NCBI GenBank assembly: GCA_963822585.1
Contig: CAWGIE010000008.1
Coordinates: 1 to 64,000 of the forward strand
Direction: 5' to 3'
Length of the DNA: 64,000 nucleotides
Origin: an uncultured bacterium
GTDB taxonomy: Bacteria > Auribacterota > Erginobacteria > Erginobacterales > Erginobacteraceae
Shown here: one piece after another, positions 33,824 through 43,218 of the stretch
Numbering within the stretch: position 1 is the first letter of the stretch
Layout of the letters: the number at the start of each line of letters is the position of its first letter
The notes under the pieces: model-generated
Database searches by the model: none
What the model saw: only the letters and a program-made list of their open reading frames with translations
Told to the model about the DNA's origin: nothing
Position numbers and translations under genes: made by a program

Positions 33824-34371
33824 GGCAGATCACCCTGCTCTCTTTTCGCTCCCTCCGCTGCTTCCGCTTCCTCTGCTTCCTTTGCCTGCTCTTTAAGCAT
33901 TTTCTTTTCGTCCAACCCTTCCTTCCAAAGGTAGATATCGCTGTAGACGAGCCGGGTATTTTCAATGCCGTAGTGAAGTTCAGCTTCCGTGTTCAGCCGG
34001 GTCCAGACGAGCAGAGTGGCCCCCGGGATGCTCTCCCGGGGCTCCCCGAATGATTTCTTCAGTTCTTCCTGAACGAACAGTCCGAATGAAGGAGGGTCCC
34101 AGACGATCGTGACGGAGTATAGTTTCTGGCCGAGCGGGGTAAAGGCGAAGGTGACCAGACAATCTTTTCCCTCGAGGAAAGTGTCGTATTCAAGCTGGGG
34201 ATGCAACCCGGTGATCTCCTTTAACCGCAAATTGAAGTTGTGCTCCGCAGCCAGCGCCTCGATCTGGAGCAGCGTCAATCCCCAGGAAAAATCCTCGAAC
34301 TGGATGTTTTTGGGATAGACGGGCCCCGAAATGAGAAGGCCAAAAAGTATTAATAAACTTATTTTCCTCAT
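33820..34371 (-). CDS. Hypothetical exported protein
   Basis: Signal-peptide-like N-terminus; clean 183-aa ORF; stop codon lies in the MITE end. Confidence 0.78.
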   Translation of the reverse strand: MRKISLLILFGLLISGPVYPKNIQFEDFSWGLTLLQIEALAAEHNFNLRLKEITGLHPQLEYDTFLEGKDCLVTFAFTPLGQKLYSVTIVWDPPSFGLFVQEELKKSFGEPRESIPGATLLVWTRLNTEAELHYGIENTRLVYSDIYLWKEGLDEKKMLKEQAKEAEEAEAAEGAKREQGDLP

Positions 34372-34598
34372 TATAAATTAGCTCGCTTCACTAGCAAATT
34401 CATGTTTTGAACCAAGAACATCATAATTCCATTGAGGCAATAATGATAACTTGAAATATTTCTGCAATGTTGCTTCAATGCTTGCATTCTTTTACTTTTT
34501 TCGCCTCGCCCTGAGTTATTAATCGGGGCAGAAATAATAAGACTATGCTATCATGTAGAAAGAAGTACTAAACTATTATTTTTCGGAGAAAAATAATA

Positions 34599-35792
34599 AT
34601 GAACTATTCCCATACCAGGATTTCGGCCTTCGAAAACTGCCCCCTCCAGTATAAGTATAAATACCGGGACCGGTTGACGCCCACCCTGGGAACGACCATC
34701 GAAGCCTTCATGGGGAGCCGCGTGCACGAGGTCCTGGAAAGTCTTTACCGGGATCTTCTGATGACCCGGTGCCCCTCCCTCGAAGAACTGCTCGGTCTCT
34801 ATGAGGCGGTCTGGGAGAAAGCCTGGGACCAGAGCGTTCGCGTGATCAAGAAGGAATATTCCCCCGAGGACTACCGGCGGAAGGGGGGGAAGTGTATCGA
34901 AGATTATTATCGTCGTTATCATCCCTTCGACCAGGGAAGGACGATCGGGATCGAAGAAAGGGTGCGGGTTGATCTCGGCGCCGATCGCGTCCTGACCGGC
35001 ATCATAGACCGCCTGGCGCTCCGGGAAGAAGGCCGGTATGAAATCCATGATTATAAGACCTCCAATTCGCTGCCCTCACAGGAGATGATCGACCATGATC
35101 GTCAGCTGGCTCTCTACCAGATAGGGGTCAGTGAAAGATGGAATGACGTGGAGGAGATCATCCTGGTCTGGCATTATCTGGTCTTCGACCGGGAGCTTCG
35201 TTCGACCCGCGGCCCGCGCGACCTGGAAGAACTCCTGGCCCGGACGAACGAGATCATCGACCGGATCGAATCCACGGTTAAGTTCGAACCGAAGAAGAGC
35301 GCGCTCTGTCATTGGTGTGAGTTCCAGAATATCTGTCCGCTCTGGAAACATCTCTTCCGCCTGAAAGAACTCCCGCCCCCGGCGTTACGGGAAGACGACG
35401 GCCGCCGGCTGGTCGACCGGTATGCCGGTCTTCTGGACGAGGAGCGTTCCCTGAAAGAAGAAAAGGAGCGCGTGAGAGCCGCCATCATGGAGTATAGCGC
35501 CTCCTTCGGGTATGAAGTCGTCTTCGGTACCGACCGGAAGGTCCGGATTCAACGGGTTAAAGATCTTCATTTTCCCCCGGCCGATGATGAACGGCGACGG
35601 GAACTGGAGCGGCTGATCGCGGAAGCCGGCCGGTGGGAAGAACTGTCGACGCTCAGTACCGCGAAGCTGACCAGGGCGCTCCGTTTCGGCAAGCTGCCCG
35701 AATCGCTGGCGGAACAACTGACGCCGTTCTATACCGAGCAGGAAACCTACCGTCTCTCTCTCTCGAAAGCAGGTGTCGAACCGGTATCTTGA
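34599..35792 (+). CDS. PD-(D/E)XK nuclease, RecB/AddB/Cas4-like, with putative Fe-S Cys staple
   Basis: FENCP, GIIDRL, IHDYKT, QLALY, LCHWCEFQNICP. Confidence 0.9.
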   Translation: MNYSHTRISAFENCPLQYKYKYRDRLTPTLGTTIEAFMGSRVHEVLESLYRDLLMTRCPSLEELLGLYEAVWEKAWDQSVRVIKKEYSPEDYRRKGGKCIEDYYRRYHPFDQGRTIGIEERVRVDLGADRVLTGIIDRLALREEGRYEIHDYKTSNSLPSQEMIDHDRQLALYQIGVSERWNDVEEIILVWHYLVFDRELRSTRGPRDLEELLARTNEIIDRIESTVKFEPKKSALCHWCEFQNICPLWKHLFRLKELPPPALREDDGRRLVDRYAGLLDEERSLKEEKERVRAAIMEYSASFGYEVVFGTDRKVRIQRVKDLHFPPADDERRRELERLIAEAGRWEELSTLSTAKLTRALRFGKLPESLAEQLTPFYTEQETYRLSLSKAGVEPVS

Positions 35793-37720
35793 GTCCGTGA
35801 GTCAGGTGGATTGAGGGCTACTCGGACAGGCTCCTGGGGTGAAATTACCAGGAAGCGCTCATTTTCAAAGAGGATCGGCCGGCGGCCTTCCCGGACGGCT
35901 TGGATCGCCCTCCAGTTGATGAGGCTCTTCCAGAGGATGAAGCAGCCTGCTCCCTGTTCTTCCAGGAAGGCCATCTGTTCTTCGGTCGGCTCTCTCCAGA
36001 TTCTCCCCAGTCCCATCGCCCGGTCCCAGAGCGCGGTCGACCGTGAGGAGTAGCCGTTCATTAGGCAAATCCCCGGGAAATTAGTGAAGTAAAGCATCGG
36101 CCGGGTGCTGGCTTGGAAAGGGAGCGTGGGAAAGACCGCCACCGGACCGGAGAGGCCGGAAAAATAAGCCTTCTCTTCCCGGGTCGGGGCCAGGTTATCC
36201 GGGTTATAACGGTTGACAATTGCCCGGGAGGGCAAGCCCTCGAGGAACTGCAACGAGATCAGAATAACCGTCACGATTGACAATGTTATCCGTCCTCGTC
36301 TCTTCAAGTTGGAATAGAGATAGCAGAGGGTGAGCAGGAAAAGGGCGAAAATCAGGCCCTGTCCGATCACCGCCATCCTCCCGACCGCCCGCATGCTGGC
36401 CGCACCCGGAATGAAAAAAGCCGCCAGTCCCCAGAGGGAGGGGTTGATCGGCTGGCCGATGAACTGGCTCCGGGGACCCGAGGCCAGGCCATAGGCAAAG
36501 AAGGCGGTAAGGGCGATATAGGCGGCCGGGAGCGCCAGCGGCGATTTCCGGGCCCGCCGGGCCATCCCCTTCGCGTACAGGACAAGAACGGTCCCCAGGA
36601 TAAACGCCCCCGCCCAGCAGGTGTATTCCTGCCATTCGCCCCGGCTTAGGCCGACGATGAGCGACGCCGTCAGTAAAAACCAAAACCAGGGCTTCCGGAT
36701 CATCCCGGTTAACCATTGCCAGAGGGAAGGCAGACGCCAGATGATAATAGCCGCTCCGGCCAGAATGACGCCGATCCCTAAATAGGCGGGCGATTCATGA
36801 GGAATGCCGGAAAGAGGGGGGAGAATGGATTCATACAGTTTTTTAAGCGGGCCGGCGGGAGGTGTGTAGAGATGAAATATCTTCATCCCCATCTGGTGAA
36901 CATATTCGGCGGTGAAAATGTTTTTTTCGATCCGCGTGTATAAGAAAGCCAGCGGGAAAAATAAGAGCAGGCTGACGATCAGGACGGGCAGATTCTGACG
37001 AATGATCCGGGGGATCTCCCGGAGCTCGAGGCAACTCTGCAGGAGGAACCAGGCGAAGAGAAAGCACAGTCCGAGCACGGCGAAATATGGTGTCGAGTAA
37101 AGGAGGAGGACCTCCGGTATCACCATCAGGGCGAAGAAAATTCTGCCCCGGTAGTGCCAGTAACCGAGGGCGCCGCCGACCATGACCGGGAGCCAGAGCG
37201 AAGAAAGATTTTGAAAGTGCGCGTAATAGATCAGCCGGCTGGCGGAGAATGTGGCCAGGTAGGAGAAAACCGGTACGGTAATAAATATCAATCGGGGAAC
37301 CCCCGGCAAGGTCCGCCGGGCGATGAAACAGATAAGGTAAAACATGAAGAAGTACGCCGCGAAACCCAGCAGGGAAAGAGCCAGGGCGGTCAGCCGGAAG
37401 GCGTCGAGCACATTTTCGGACGCGACCCGGAAAAACGCGAATACCCCCGCGGGGACGAACAGGTTGTCGGACCAGAGAAAAGCGTCGCGGTTTTCCGGCC
37501 AGAAGATCCGGCCGTCGAGAAGATCCGTCCCTCCGTGTTTTATGGAGCGGACCGCGTGATCCATCACCCAGATGTTGAAGAACCCGTCTCCGTCATCCCC
37601 ATATATGGTCCCCGACGGGACCGAGAATCCTCCCAGGTGCAGATAAGCTCCCAAAAGAAAAAGAACGATCCCCAGGGGGATGATGAGGAGGAGTGGGTTC
37701 TTTATTCGCAAATCGATCAT
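35747..37720 (-). CDS. Polytopic membrane protein, possible GT-C fold glycosyltransferase (YfhO-like)
   Basis: Many TM helices, acidic DDGD loop after TM1, YLG and NGYS motifs. Confidence 0.6.
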   Translation of the reverse strand: MIDLRIKNPLLLIIPLGIVLFLLGAYLHLGGFSVPSGTIYGDDGDGFFNIWVMDHAVRSIKHGGTDLLDGRIFWPENRDAFLWSDNLFVPAGVFAFFRVASENVLDAFRLTALALSLLGFAAYFFMFYLICFIARRTLPGVPRLIFITVPVFSYLATFSASRLIYYAHFQNLSSLWLPVMVGGALGYWHYRGRIFFALMVIPEVLLLYSTPYFAVLGLCFLFAWFLLQSCLELREIPRIIRQNLPVLIVSLLLFFPLAFLYTRIEKNIFTAEYVHQMGMKIFHLYTPPAGPLKKLYESILPPLSGIPHESPAYLGIGVILAGAAIIIWRLPSLWQWLTGMIRKPWFWFLLTASLIVGLSRGEWQEYTCWAGAFILGTVLVLYAKGMARRARKSPLALPAAYIALTAFFAYGLASGPRSQFIGQPINPSLWGLAAFFIPGAASMRAVGRMAVIGQGLIFALFLLTLCYLYSNLKRRGRITLSIVTVILISLQFLEGLPSRAIVNRYNPDNLAPTREEKAYFSGLSGPVAVFPTLPFQASTRPMLYFTNFPGICLMNGYSSRSTALWDRAMGLGRIWREPTEEQMAFLEEQGAGCFILWKSLINWRAIQAVREGRRPILFENERFLVISPQEPVRVALNPPDSRTQDTGSTPAFERERR

Positions 37721-37746
37721 GTCAACTCATCGATTTTTTATTCCCG

Positions 37747-38037
37747 CTAACCCGATTTATTCATAAATCGGGTTAGTGTTGAACAACGACAAAGAAGAAA
37801 CTTGTAATATCGAAATAAGGTTTCGATCATATCGTATTCTTTGGCAAACACTTGCTGACAAACGTCTGTTATCGATCGCATTATTGCCGGCAGACGTAAA
37901 TCGTTAGCCTATCGGCTGAGATAAAACAGTCTGCTGTTGCCGTATTGATACGTCTTCTATCCGTAATACATTGAACGATAACCAGTAACCTGGATTATTC
38001 ATGAAAATTATAAATTTTCATGAATAATCCAGGTTAA
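37747..38037. mobile_element. ~290 bp MITE-like element, copy 2 (more diverged interior)
   Basis: Same two terminal palindromes and AATACATTGAACGA block; same 291 bp length as copy 1. Confidence 0.72.
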
Positions 38038-38046
38038 GGGCATAAA

Positions 38047-38289
38047 AAATCCCAAATCACAAGCATCAAATAACAAACAAATTCCAAAAGACAAATCCCA
38101 AATCACAAACTGCCAGGCGGCGGCTGGCTTTCCTCCCCGCTGTACCGGCATCAGACCAGTGTTCGGGAGATAAGGGCACGCCGGCGGTTAAGATGTTTGG
38201 AATTTTGATATTGGAATTTGTGATTTATTTGTTATTTTCGGCCGGAGGCTGATAAGCCTTTGGCTTAGGTGCTTGTAATTTGGAATTTT
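38047..38289. repeat. Family 3 inverted element with a 30-bp insertion in its right arm
   Basis: Arms match those at 13326-13557; tcggccggaggctgataagcctttggctta (38238-38267) interrupts gttattt|ggtgcttg. Confidence 0.82.
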
Positions 38290-38313
38290 GAGAAAAATCG
38301 AACTAAAACATTC

Positions 38314-39810
38314 TTATGATGGCTGAGAAGCTTTATTGCTGATGCATGTATCGTGGCCGACACGGTCCCGGATTTTTTCCGCACAGTCCTCCAGACTGAA
38401 TCCGCAGTGCGGCAACACGCAATAGCCCCTGGCCTGATGGGTGACACAGTTGAAATCATCCAAAGTATCGGTACCGGTGGCGATCAGGCCGCAGTAGACA
38501 CGGCTCCAGAAGTTTGCCCTGGTTTCCGCGTGATATTTTCTCCAGTCGGTGTTCCATTCCTGCCTGGTTTCGTAATAAGAACGGATCAGCCCGGCGATAT
38601 GCTTGGGGTGCCACCCGGCGGAGAAAAGGACGCGGCAGAGGTTTTGAATGCTGGTCGGGTTGAGGAGACCCCAGTAAACGTTCTTGATGGAACTGGCCGC
38701 GCAGGGAGGGAGGGAGCCAAGGTCGAGCCGCCAGTAGGTATGGGGCCAGCTGGCGGGCGGTTCGTGGGCGCTCGCGTCAAACTCGCGGTGGAAAGCGAAA
38801 AGCGATGATGCGCGGTAGTCCTTGATGACCTTCTCCCAGCCGGTGCTCGCGTCCGGAATGGCGCCCGAGCACTTGGCGGCGTACCGGGCGGCCCGGCGCA
38901 GGTCCCGTCTGATAGTGAAGAGCTCCCGGACGGAGAGATCGTTCCGGGGCACCGTGGCATAGACGGGCAGTGCCCGGGCGAGGCGTTCGCCGACTTTTCC
39001 GACGTATACCTTGTGTTTCTGATGAGTGGAGAAAGTGGTCCGGATGTCCCGCATGTAAAGCGGGTCGGCGTACTGGGTGATGTCCAGGCTCATCCCTTCC
39101 CGTCCCCGGGCCATCCTCCCGACGGCGGCGTCGGAGATGGTGACCGGGAGAGGGGACTCTTTCCGGGTCCGGCGAATGATCAGGTGGCTGAGAAACTCGT
39201 GGAGGCGTCCGATGCCGCTGTAGCCCCGGGCCGCCCGGGCGGGAAGCGGCCGGGTGCGTTTATTGTCATTTCCGGGCACGAGGGCGCACTTTTCCAGAAG
39301 GCTCGTTTCCGTCCGTCCGATTCTTTCCAGTTTCCGATGGACCGGGTTGGAGAAGGGGATGCGGGAGATGAAATGATAGCCGGAAGAGGTGGAGTCGTTG
39401 AGGTGGGGAATACCGTATTCGGTCAGGATACTCTCGATAGCCCGGTAGACCGGCTCCATCAGATCGAAGTGAACAAGCTGATCCCGGTAGATTCCGTGCC
39501 AGGTATCCAGGTTGAAGTACTCGACGTCCCAGACCGCCAGGGTTGATTTTTTGTCCCAAACCGAGCGGAAGAGGTCAAGTCCTTCTTCCATCAGTCCGGA
39601 GAGATCATCCTGCCGGTTGGTGAGCCTGAGCGGCCGGCGGTAACCGTTCCGGGCCAGGTATTCTCCGAACCCGACCAGATATTCGCAGGTGAATCGTTCC
39701 CCGCCGCAGAACTCCTGAATTCTCTCCCTGACCGCCGGATGGCGGTAATACTCCCGGACGGCTTCAAACTGGGAATCAGTCATTATTGAAGATAAGTGCT
39801 CGGTTGTCAT
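38314..39810 (-). CDS. Putative AEP-superfamily primase-polymerase with PriL-like Cys4 C-terminal domain (paralogue B)
   Basis: AVWDVE (motif I), TSSGYH (motif II), SLD...RDIR (motif III), LPPC and NC-x8-C-x4-C. Confidence 0.7.
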   Translation of the reverse strand: MTTEHLSSIMTDSQFEAVREYYRHPAVRERIQEFCGGERFTCEYLVGFGEYLARNGYRRPLRLTNRQDDLSGLMEEGLDLFRSVWDKKSTLAVWDVEYFNLDTWHGIYRDQLVHFDLMEPVYRAIESILTEYGIPHLNDSTSSGYHFISRIPFSNPVHRKLERIGRTETSLLEKCALVPGNDNKRTRPLPARAARGYSGIGRLHEFLSHLIIRRTRKESPLPVTISDAAVGRMARGREGMSLDITQYADPLYMRDIRTTFSTHQKHKVYVGKVGERLARALPVYATVPRNDLSVRELFTIRRDLRRAARYAAKCSGAIPDASTGWEKVIKDYRASSLFAFHREFDASAHEPPASWPHTYWRLDLGSLPPCAASSIKNVYWGLLNPTSIQNLCRVLFSAGWHPKHIAGLIRSYYETRQEWNTDWRKYHAETRANFWSRVYCGLIATGTDTLDDFNCVTHQARGYCVLPHCGFSLEDCAEKIRDRVGHDTCISNKASQPS

Positions 39811-39827
39811 GTGCTCATATCCTTAAA

Positions 39828-39923
39828 ACCACGAAGGACACGAAGGACACGAAGAAATGTCAAACGGGATCTTACTTATTCCCTCTATCCGTGATTCTTC
39901 GTGATCTTCGTGTTCTTCGTGGT
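39828..39923. repeat. Family 4 inverted nonamer element (CACGAAGRA / TCTTCGTG)
   Basis: accacgaaggacacgaaggacacgaaga ... tcttcgtgatcttcgtgttcttcgtggt between the two paralogues. Confidence 0.88.
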
Positions 39924-39943
39924 AGATGATGACATTCAGATGT

Positions 39944-41356
39944 TCAATACCGTCCGTCCCACCGGTAATCCGCGAGGTTGTAGCCGCAAAAAGGCTGCAC
40001 GCAGTATCCTTTCTCCTGGTGGGAGACGCAGTTATGATCAACCATGTCGTCAAGGCCGTCGGCCAGAAGGCCCGCGAACGTCCGCACGTAGAAAGTCGCC
40101 CGCGAGTTGGCGTCGAAGTGCTTCCACTGATCTTGCGGCCAGTTCGGGCCGTCCACCCAGCGCGATGTTATCAGGCCGGCGATATGCTGGGGATGCCATC
40201 CCTGGGCGAGGAGGCAGCGGGTCAGGGTCTGCAGGTTGGTCGGTTTCAGAAGCAGGTCGTTCGGCTGTTCCAGCGGCCGGCGCACGCAGGGGGGGACGTC
40301 CCGGTAATCCATCCGGCCGTACGTATCGGCCCAGCGATTGCGAGGATGTTGCTTTTCGCTGTCAAACCAGCGGTGGAACCGGTAGAGCCGGGAGTTCCGG
40401 TAGTCGTCGATCATCTTTTTGAAGTTGACGCTGAATTCGGGGATGAAACAGTGAACCCGTCCGGCATATTCGGCGGCGTGACGGAAATGCCGCCGCAGGG
40501 CGAGGGTCTCCGAAAGGGAGAGTTTCTTCCGGGGAATGGCGATCTGGATCGGGGTCCCGTCGGCGATCGCGTCGCCGACCTTCCAGCGCTGGATTTTATG
40601 TTTCTGATGGGTGGAAAAAGCGCAGCGGCAATCGCGCATGAACACCGGGTCGCCGAAACAGGAGAGGTCGAGGGAGATGCCTTCCCGTCCATGATGGTAG
40701 GTGCCGATGGCGACATCGGTGATCAGGAGCGGCAGGTCGGTCAGGTCCATTGTCTCCTTCATGATCCGATGAACGAGGTATTCCAGCACCCGGCCCATCC
40801 CCTCGAAGGCCAGTCCGTAACGGAGGGAGACCGGACGGTGCCGCTTGCTGAGCTTCCCCCGATACTTGGCGACCAGGGAATCGGTGAGGACGCCGACGTC
40901 TTCCAGCATCAGTGCCGCCTTGGTCCCCGACTGGACCTGGAAGGAATAGTGGTATCCCTGCCCGGTCATGATCGTCAGGGGATCGATCCCGTACTCGCGG
41001 AAGATGGCCAGGATGGCTTGATAGACGGGCTCGATCTTCCGGAAGGTGACCTCCTGGTCATAGTAGACTTCTCCCGGATAATCCAGATTGAAATACTCGA
41101 TATCGAGCACGCCCAGAACATGTGTCCGGTCCCAGAGCGAGCGGAAGAAGTCCAGCCCTTTTTCGAGGATGGAGTGGAAGCCCTTGGTGGGCGTTGAGAC
41201 ATAGGGTTCCGGGGCCGGGATGCCCATCAGGGCCTCCCCGTAGCCGACGATGTATTCGGCGGTGCAGAGTTCCGGTTCCCGGGCGGATCCGCCGCAGTAT
41301 TCAGCGATCCGTTCCTGGACTTCGGGGTCACGATAATATTCAGCGGGAGTGAGCAT
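39944..41356 (-). CDS. Putative AEP-superfamily primase-polymerase with PriL-like Cys4 C-terminal domain (paralogue A)
   Basis: GVLDIE, TGQGYH, SLD...RDCR, VPPC and NC-x8-C-x4-C; collinear with 38314-39810; AAGGA before the ATG. Confidence 0.72.
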   Translation of the reverse strand: MLTPAEYYRDPEVQERIAEYCGGSAREPELCTAEYIVGYGEALMGIPAPEPYVSTPTKGFHSILEKGLDFFRSLWDRTHVLGVLDIEYFNLDYPGEVYYDQEVTFRKIEPVYQAILAIFREYGIDPLTIMTGQGYHYSFQVQSGTKAALMLEDVGVLTDSLVAKYRGKLSKRHRPVSLRYGLAFEGMGRVLEYLVHRIMKETMDLTDLPLLITDVAIGTYHHGREGISLDLSCFGDPVFMRDCRCAFSTHQKHKIQRWKVGDAIADGTPIQIAIPRKKLSLSETLALRRHFRHAAEYAGRVHCFIPEFSVNFKKMIDDYRNSRLYRFHRWFDSEKQHPRNRWADTYGRMDYRDVPPCVRRPLEQPNDLLLKPTNLQTLTRCLLAQGWHPQHIAGLITSRWVDGPNWPQDQWKHFDANSRATFYVRTFAGLLADGLDDMVDHNCVSHQEKGYCVQPFCGYNLADYRWDGRY

Positions 41357-41429
41357 GGAAATTCCTTGTAGTCAATTAGAGTAAGCCTGGTTGCTCCGGT
41401 AGGATTGATGCCGGACAATTATAATTAAT

Positions 41430-41773
41430 ATGGAATAGTGGAGTGTTGGAGTAATGGAGTATTGGGGGGCCGGCTTCCGGATATTCCCTCACTGTAATCC
41501 CGCATATTATATCGTATCCCCTTGTCGGGTTAATGTTCGGGCAGGAAGGAAAAATCTTGATTTGCGGCCGGTTATCCTTCACCATCCCGCTAAACTTTTT
41601 CACGGTGATTTAAGGGCAGCAGTATGCCTGATTCTATTGAAAAGTAAAGAGGGAAGATAACCGGTTCATATAGTTGAAACTATTCAAACAGTTCAAACCT
41701 CTTAAACCGTTCGAGCCATTAGTCCGATACCGGGGTTTCCCCATACTCCAACATTCCATCACTCCAGTACTCC
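41430..41773. repeat. Family 2 arms (41430-41465 and 41740-41773) enclosing a ~275 bp spacer
   Basis: tggaatagtggagtgttggagtaatggagtattgg ... ccatactccaacattccatcactccagtactcc. Confidence 0.75.
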
Positions 41774-41788
41774 GGTAGTTGTTTTCCG

Positions 41789-43069
41789 ATGCCCGCGATC
41801 GCAAAAATTCTGATCTCTTTCGCCCTCGTCCTCCTGATCAGCCGGACCCGGCTGCACCTCAGCCTCGCTCTTCTTATCGGCGCCCTGATTCTGGGTGTCT
41901 GGTCCGGTCAGTCCCCGTCGAGCCTGGCCGGAACCGTTCTTCACGGCATTACCGGATGGTCCACCTGCTACCTGGTGGCGATCATCGTCCTCATCCTCCT
42001 CCTCAGCCGCCTGATGGAGCAGTCGGGACATCTCCAGAGGATCGTCTATGCCTTCGCCCTGGTGGTCAAGAACCGGCGCGCGGTCAGCGCTCTTGTTCCG
42101 GCCCTGATCGGGCTCTTGCCGATGCCCGGGGGAGCCCTCTTCTCGGCCCCGCTGGTGAAGAAGACGGTGGAAGATGTCAAACTTTCCGGAGAGTTAAAGG
42201 CGGTGATCAACTACTGGTTCCGCCATGTCTGGGAGTACTGGTGGCCGCTCTATCCCGGCTTCATCCTGGCGGTCGGCCTCCTCATGGTCCCGGTCTGGCA
42301 GCTGATGCTGGTCCAGTTCCCACTGGCGTGCTTCTGCGTCATCGCCGGCGTCGTTCTTCTTCTCCGCCCCCTGAAAGGGCTGCCCCGTCGGCCCGGTCCG
42401 GCCGGCCGCTGGGAGAGTTTCCGGATGCTCTTTGTCGAATCCCTGCCCATCATCTCGGTCTTCGGCGTCATCATTCTGCTCAACCTCCTCCACCGCCTTT
42501 GCGGGGGGAGCGTCCGGGCTCTGAATTATCCCCCGGAACTCTCGGTGCTGATCGGGATCGTTGTTTGTATCGTTCTGGTGGTCCGGACCAATCGTCTGAG
42601 GCTGCCGGATATTTTCCGGGCCATCCGGGACCGGAAGTACCTGGACTTTGTCTTCCTGGTGATCGGGATCATGATTTTTAAGGGGGTGCTGAGCGAAAGT
42701 TCCATCGTCCTCGAGGTCAAGGATGAGCTTCTTGCCTATCATATCCCGCTCCTTTTGGTGATCACGGTGCTTCCCTTCATCTCCGGGCTGGTGACGGGCA
42801 TCGCGGTCGGCTTCGTCGGCTCCTCCTTCCCCGTTATTATTCCCCTTCTGACCGGGCTCTCGCCCCTGTCCTATCTGGCCCATGCCGCCCTTGCCTACAG
42901 CTGCGGTTACATGGGGATGATGCTCTCCCCGGTCCACCTCTGTCTCCTGGTCTCAAAGGATTATTTCCAGGCCGGTTTCCCCTCCTGCTACCGGCTTCTC
43001 CTCAAGCTGGTGGCAATGGTTCTTATCCTGTCCGGTGCCTATTACTTCTTGCTCGTCAGCATGGGATGA
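41789..43069 (+). CDS. DUF401-family membrane protein
   Basis: PALIGLLPMPGGALFSAP, NYWFRHVWEYWWPLYPG, SPVHLCL. Confidence 0.85.
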   Translation: MPAIAKILISFALVLLISRTRLHLSLALLIGALILGVWSGQSPSSLAGTVLHGITGWSTCYLVAIIVLILLLSRLMEQSGHLQRIVYAFALVVKNRRAVSALVPALIGLLPMPGGALFSAPLVKKTVEDVKLSGELKAVINYWFRHVWEYWWPLYPGFILAVGLLMVPVWQLMLVQFPLACFCVIAGVVLLLRPLKGLPRRPGPAGRWESFRMLFVESLPIISVFGVIILLNLLHRLCGGSVRALNYPPELSVLIGIVVCIVLVVRTNRLRLPDIFRAIRDRKYLDFVFLVIGIMIFKGVLSESSIVLEVKDELLAYHIPLLLVITVLPFISGLVTGIAVGFVGSSFPVIIPLLTGLSPLSYLAHAALAYSCGYMGMMLSPVHLCLLVSKDYFQAGFPSCYRLLLKLVAMVLILSGAYYFLLVSMG

Positions 43070-43218
43070 ACAGGATGTCCTCGCCCGGCGAGAGAATTGT
43101 TGACGGCACCAGCGAGACCTGACACTATGAACAAGCGCCCGAGGTTCCTGGTATGCCCCCGTACCCATGGGTAGCTTCAGTGAAATCCCACTGTTTGAAA
43201 TCTGAAAAGAGGTTCGTC

